This document shows, in pieces, positions 60,301 to 64,000 of a stretch of 64,000 nt of DNA. Each line of letters starts with the position of its first letter. Position 1 is the stretch's first letter. The notes under the pieces are model-generated. The model worked only from the letters and a program-made list of their open reading frames with translations, was not told the DNA's origin and did not search any database. The position numbers were made by a program, and so were the translations under genes. Source of the DNA: Nemertoderma westbladi (taxonomy: Eukaryota > Animalia > Xenacoelomorpha). Location: contig JAUCBJ010007578.1 in NCBI GenBank assembly GCA_032718475.1, positions 1 to 64,000 of the forward strand. Direction: 5' to 3'.

Positions 60301-63300
60301 TATCAATTTGTATACTTATACACAGTACTGTGAGTGTAATTTGAGTTGCTATCTTGAATCAAACTAACCCTATAAGTGTACAGATGAGTAAACTATTTCA
60401 CTAACTGAAATGTACCCAATAATGTTGTTATCAACATTAGTGGGTACATTTCAGTTAGTGAAATAGATTTCTCAATTTGTACACTTATTTATACCCTGTA
60501 CTGTGAGTGTAATTTGAGTTGCTATCTTGAATCAAACTAACCCTATAAGTGTACAAATAAGTAAACTATTTCACTAACTGAAATGTACCCAATAATGTTG
60601 TTATCAACATTAGTGGGTACATTTCAGTTAGTGAAATAATTTTATCAATTTGTATACTTATACACTGTACTGTGAGTGTAATTTGAGTTGCTATCTTGAA
60701 TCAAACTAACCCTATAAGTGTACAGATGAGTAAACTATTTCACTAACTGAAATGTACCCAATAATGTTGTTATCAACATTAGTGGGTACATTTCAGTTAG
60801 TGAAATAGATTTCTCAATTTGTACACTTATTTATACCCTGTACTGTGAGTGTAATTTGAGTTGCTATCTTGAATCAAACTAACCCTATAAGTGTACAAAT
60901 GAGTAAACTATTTCACTAACTGAAATGTACCCAATAATGTTGTTATCAACATTAGTGGGTACATTTCAGTTAGTGAAATAATTTTCTCAATTTGTATACT
61001 TATACACTGTACTGTGAGTGTAATTTGAGTTGCTATCTTGAATCAAACTAACCCTATAAGTGTACAGATGAGTAAACTATTTCACTAACTGAAATGTACC
61101 CAATAATGTTGTTATCAACATTAGTGGGTACATTTCAGTTAGTGAAATAGATTTCTCAATTTGTACACTTATTTATACCCTGTACTGTGAGTGTAATTTG
61201 AGTTGCTATCTTGAATCAAACTAACCCTATAAGTGTACAGATGAGTAAACTATTTCACTAACTGAAATGTACCCAATAATGTTGTTATCAACATTAGTGG
61301 GTACATTTCAGTTAGTGAAATAGATTTCTCAATTTGTACACTTATTTATACCCTGTACTGTGAGTGTAATTTGAGTTGCTATCTTGAATCAAACTAACCC
61401 TATAAGTGTACAAATAAGTAAACTATTTCACTAACTGAAATGTACCCAATAATGTTGTTATCAACATTAGTGGGTACATTTCAGTTAGTGAAATAATTTT
61501 ATCAATTTGTATACTTATACACAGTACTGTGAGTGTAATTTGAGTTGCTATCTTGAATCAAACTAACCCTATAAGTGTACAGATGAGTAAACTATTTCAC
61601 TAACTGAAATGTACCCAATAATGTTGTTATCAACATTAGTGGGTACATTTCAGTTAGTGAAATAATTTTATCAATTTGTATACTTATACACAGTACTGTG
61701 AGTGTAATTTGAGTTGCTATCTTGAATCAAACTAACCCTATAAGTGTACAGATGAGTAAACTATTTCACTAACTGAAATGTACCCAATAATGTTGTTATC
61801 AACATTAGTGGGTACATTTCAGTTAGTGAAATAGATTTCTCAATTTGTACACTTATTTATACCCTGTACTGTGAGTGTAATTTGAGTTGCTATCTTGAAT
61901 CAAACTAACCCTATAAGTGTACAAATAAGTAAACTATTTCACTAACTGAAATGTACCCAATAATGTTGTTATCAACATTAGTGGGTACATTTCAGTTAGT
62001 GAAATAGATTTCTCAATTTGTACACTTATTTATACCCTGTACTGTGAGTGTAATTTGAGTTGCTATCTTGAATCAAACTAACCCTATAAGTGTACAGATG
62101 AGTAAACTATTTCACTAACTGAAATGTACCCAATAATGTTGTTATCAACATTAGTGGGTACATTTCAGTTAGTGAAATAGATTTCTCAATTTGTACACTT
62201 ATTTATACCCTGTACTGTGAGTGTAATTTGAGTTGCTATCTTGAATCAAACTAACCCTATAAGTGTACAAATGAGTAAACTATTTCACTAACTGAAATGT
62301 ACCCAATAATGTTGTTATCAACATTAGTGGGTACATTTCAGTTAGTGAAATAGATTTCTCAATTTGTACACTTATTTATACCCTGTACTGTGAGTGTAAT
62401 TTGAGTTGCTATCTTGAATCAAACTAACCCTATAAGTGTACAAATAAGTAAACTATTTCACTAACTGAAATGTACCCAATAATGTTGTTATCAACATTAG
62501 TTGGGTACATTTCAGTTAGTGAAATAATTTTCTCAATTTGTATACTTATACACTGTACTGTGAGTGTAATTTGAGTTGCTATCTTGAATCAAACTAACCC
62601 TATAAGTGTACAGATGAGTAAACTATTTCACTAACTGAAATGTACCCAATAATGTTGTTATCAACATTAGTGGGTACATTTCAGTTAGTGAAATAGATTT
62701 CTCAATTTGTACACTTATTTATACCCTGTACTGTGAGTGTAATTTGAGTTGCTATCTTGAATCAAACTAACCCTATAAGTGTACAAATGAGTAAACTATT
62801 TCACTAACTGAAATGTACCCAATAATGTTGTTATCTACATTAGTGGGTACATTTCAGTTAGTGAAATAATTTTATCAATTTGTATACTTATACACAGTAC
62901 TGTGAGTGTAATTTGAGTTGCTATCTTGAATCAAACTAACCCTATAAGTGTACAGATGAGTAAACTATTTCACTAACTGAAATGTACCCAATAATGTTGT
63001 TATCAACATTAGTGGGTACATTTCAGTTAGTGAAATAATTTTATCAATTTGTATACTTATACACAGTACTGTGAGTGTAATTTGAGTTGCTATCTTGAAT
63101 CAAACTAACCCTATAAGTGTACAGATGAGTAAACTATTTCACTAACTGAAATGTACCCAATAATGTTGTTATCAACATTAGTGGGTACATTTCAGTTAGT
63201 GAAATAGATTTCTCAATTTGTACACTTATTTATACCCTGTACTGTGAGTGTAATTTGAGTTGCTATCTTGAATCAAACTAACCCTATAAGTGTACAAATA

Positions 63301-64000
63301 AGTAAACTATTTCACTAACTGAAATGTACCCAATAATGTTGTTATCAACATTAGTGGGTACATTTCAGTTAGTGAAATAGATTTCTCAATTTGTACACTT
63401 ATTTATACCCTGTACTGTGAGTGTAATTTGAGTTGCTATCTTGAATCAAACTAACCCTATAAGTGTACAGATGAGTAAACTATTTCACTAACTGAAATGT
63501 ACCCAATAATGTTGTTATCAACATTAGTGGGTACATTTCAGTTAGTGAAATAGATTTCTCAATTTGTACACTTATTTATACCCTGTACTGTGAGTGTAAT
63601 TTGAGTTGCTATCTTGAATCAAACTAACCCTATAAGTGTACAAATAAGTAAACTATTTCACTAACTGAAATGTACCCAATAATGTTGATAATAACATTAT
63701 TGGGTACATTTCAGTTAGTGAAATAGATTTCTCAATTTGTACACTTATTTATACCCTGTACTGTGAGTGTAATTTGAGTTGCTATCTTGAATCAAACTAA
63801 CCCTATAAGTGTACAAATAAGTAAACTATTTCACTAACTGAAATGTACCCAATAATGTTGATAATAACATTATTGGGTACATTTCAGTTAGTGAAATAAT
63901 TTTCTCAATTTGTATACTTATACACTGTACTGTGAGTGTAATTTGAGTTGCTATCTTGAATCAAACTAACCCTATAAGTGTACAGATGAGTAAAATATTT
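54375..64000. repeat. 169/173-bp palindromic satellite array (about 56 monomers in window)
   Basis: CTAACCCTAT at 54541, 54710, 54879, 55052...; each monomer has a long inverted repeat centred on TGTTGTTATCAACA. Confidence 0.97.

Larger units (their letters stand above)
52271..64000. mobile_element. Second, different satellite-filled insertion at the same 28S position (at least 11.7 kb; right end outside window)
   Basis: Junction AAGACCCTGTTGAG|GTTCTCTC is at the same nucleotide as 15290/15291. Terminal palindrome cluster followed by two satellite arrays. Confidence 0.75.

Overview
This window is a metazoan nuclear ribosomal DNA array on the + strand. It holds the 3' end of one 28S gene, then two near-identical units (IGS-18S-ITS1-5.8S-ITS2-28S; about 10.1 kb each without insertions), and both of those 28S genes are interrupted. 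Unit 1 carries a full-length R2 non-LTR retrotransposon (9973-15149) at the canonical R2 site. Its intact 1424-aa ORF has an unusual N-terminus of one C2H2 finger plus three tandem Myb-like repeats. 141 bp further on, a 26.8-kb non-coding insertion (15291-42113) sits between 11-bp direct repeats of 28S sequence (ACCCTGTTGAG) and is filled with satellites. Unit 2 has an empty R2 site, but a different satellite-filled insertion (52271 to beyond the window end) starts at exactly the same 28S nucleotide. Both insertions begin with GTT and have a cluster of element-specific palindromes just inside the left end, and the same palindrome forms the core of an internal satellite. This suggests a family of giant, 28S-site-specific, non-autonomous mobile elements carrying satellite cargo (inference). 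The IGS subrepeats also contain 54-bp copies of the 28S R2 target that stop exactly at the R2 insertion point, next to a fixed MITE-like foldback. Apart from the R2 ORF, the ORFs in the track appear to be artefacts of repeats or rRNA. Organism not identified.
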